A DNA stretch of 64,000 nt from Nageia nagi. Lineage: Eukaryota; Plantae; Pinophyta. The stretch spans positions 155,372,001-155,436,000 of the forward strand of contig JBITNC010000001.1 in assembly GCA_050084985.1 (NCBI GenBank), in the 5' to 3' direction. This document shows, piece by piece, positions 62,505 through 64,000 of this stretch (position 1 is its first letter; every line of letters starts with the position of its first letter). The notes beneath the pieces are model-generated. The model made no database searches and was not told the origin of the DNA. It saw nothing but the letters and a program-made list of their open reading frames with translations. The position numbers and the translations under genes are program-made.

Positions 62505-63895
62505 CACTCCATATAAACAAGTGTCACCAGATGCCTCTCGCTTTGTTACCTCTTAAAAAACTACAGCACCAACAGCAACTGAAATGTCCAAAGCTTCAAC
62601 AGCTATGCCGATGACTCCTACATTCTTAAAAAAAATCTTTCTTCGCTTATAGAAATCAGCTGGTACATTTCTCTGATACCATGTATGATTTCTAATACTG
62701 CAGTGATCAATTTGTTATATATGTAAGTATTTATTCATACAATGGTTCGTTAAGGACAGCCAATAAGTCTGTCTTCTTCCTCTACCAAACAGTACACAAG
62801 GTACTCACAGACAAATAACCTTACATATTACACCTATGATGTAATATTCCTAACAACAAATTCTCAGATATCTGATGGCAAAGGAAAGAAACTCAATGAA
62901 AAGTAAAACTAAAGAATATTATGAACCATATATCCATAAAACACTGGAAATAAAGAACCAATGTGTATTTAACCATTGCATCAAGAAGTGAATTTGCCAT
63001 AAAACTTCCAGAAACAAAATAATGATAATAGAATATTGAACTCTGTATTTATATATAATGTTATCTTCATCAAGCATTTGTATATTTTAGCTGGCCCAAT
63101 GCAGCATCATGAAAAAAAAAACCGTACTATGAGTACCAGTTCAAAAATTCCCTGTTCTTAAGCTGCTTATGACAGAATGTAAATTTTAACACCATTATAA
63201 AAAAACGTTTCATATAGAAATATTCAGTGCTTCCAAGAAATGCACCACGAATCCAATTTATTGTAGATATTTAACAATATCCAAGAAGTCTACAAAAGTG
63301 TTCTTTGTGAATAACTTAAATGCCATAGATGTGCATGTGGTGATCTATATGTATGTCCATAATATTAAAGCATATCCAAGCAAAAAGAAGAGAAACCTGG
63401 AGCACAGGAGTTTCTACTTCAAGGAATCCAAGATCTTCCATCTTTTTCCGTATCTCTGAAACAATCTATTCAAAGACATTCTAACGTCAGCCGGTTTCCA
63501 ATAATAGATCAAAAAGAGTAGAATAATTTGTTTCTACCTAATTATGCTTAATAAATCTTAGTTTATTGATCGAAAGCAGCATGAAGTAACAATTTCATTC
63601 TGATGAATAAATGTGTAAATAATGAAAGAGAAAAAAACTTATTTTATTGGATACCTTATTTTTGAGCTCCATGAAGCCAAATCACAGACCATTTACAAAA
63701 GTGAGAAAGAAGATCTATATTTCAACAATTAAAATAATGGTTTTGAACTTGAACTATGAAGTACCACTACTCAGCCTGATGCAAAGGTTTTGATATAATG
63801 CCTGCGTCCAGTTAAGGCAGTTGGAGCAAGTTTGCAATATTCAATTTGAAAGCTTTTATCACATGCACCTAATATGTCATATGTGACTAATTATG

Positions 63896-64000
63896 GAATT
63901 CAGAGAGTAGAGAACAGCATATTGAACAATCAAATAGCACACTAGACGCCGCAGAATTAGTCTGCAATAGACAGTTGTGAACTGTTCACAATTGGATGGT
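63896..64000. repeat. Dispersed repeat similar to 4588-4690
   Basis: GAGAG.AGAGAACAGCA...GCAGAATT.GTCTGCA...ACAG.TGTGAA.TG.TCACA in both places. Confidence 0.6.

Overview
Plant nuclear DNA, most likely a gymnosperm (inferred from giant introns and a Tat-type Ty3/gypsy pol with PR-aRH-RT-RH-INT order). The window lies inside a minus-strand organellar-type class II lysyl-tRNA synthetase gene (OVA5-like). Four phase-0 GT-AG exons are visible (43704-43597, 35439-35347, 35185-35081, 4434-4228), with introns of 8.2 kb, 161 bp and 30.6 kb plus open introns of >20 kb and >4 kb, filled with nested decayed transposons. The main unexplained signal is eight copies or fragments, in three diverged families (A, B, C/D), of a 4-8 kb unit with TGTTG...CAACA ends. 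The unit behaves as an LTR: one copy has a 5-bp duplication by length, one sits directly after integrase, and the 3' end motifs match an ordinary PBS-flanked LTR. It nevertheless carries a whole transcription unit in U3: arrays of ~50-bp inverted-repeat sites, a TATA box and a ~1,070-1,180-codon non-gag/pol gene, followed by a second TATA/initiator and structured U5. No polypurine tract precedes the two apparent 3' LTRs. All copies of the gene here are disrupted. Coordinates were read by eye and no database searches were run.
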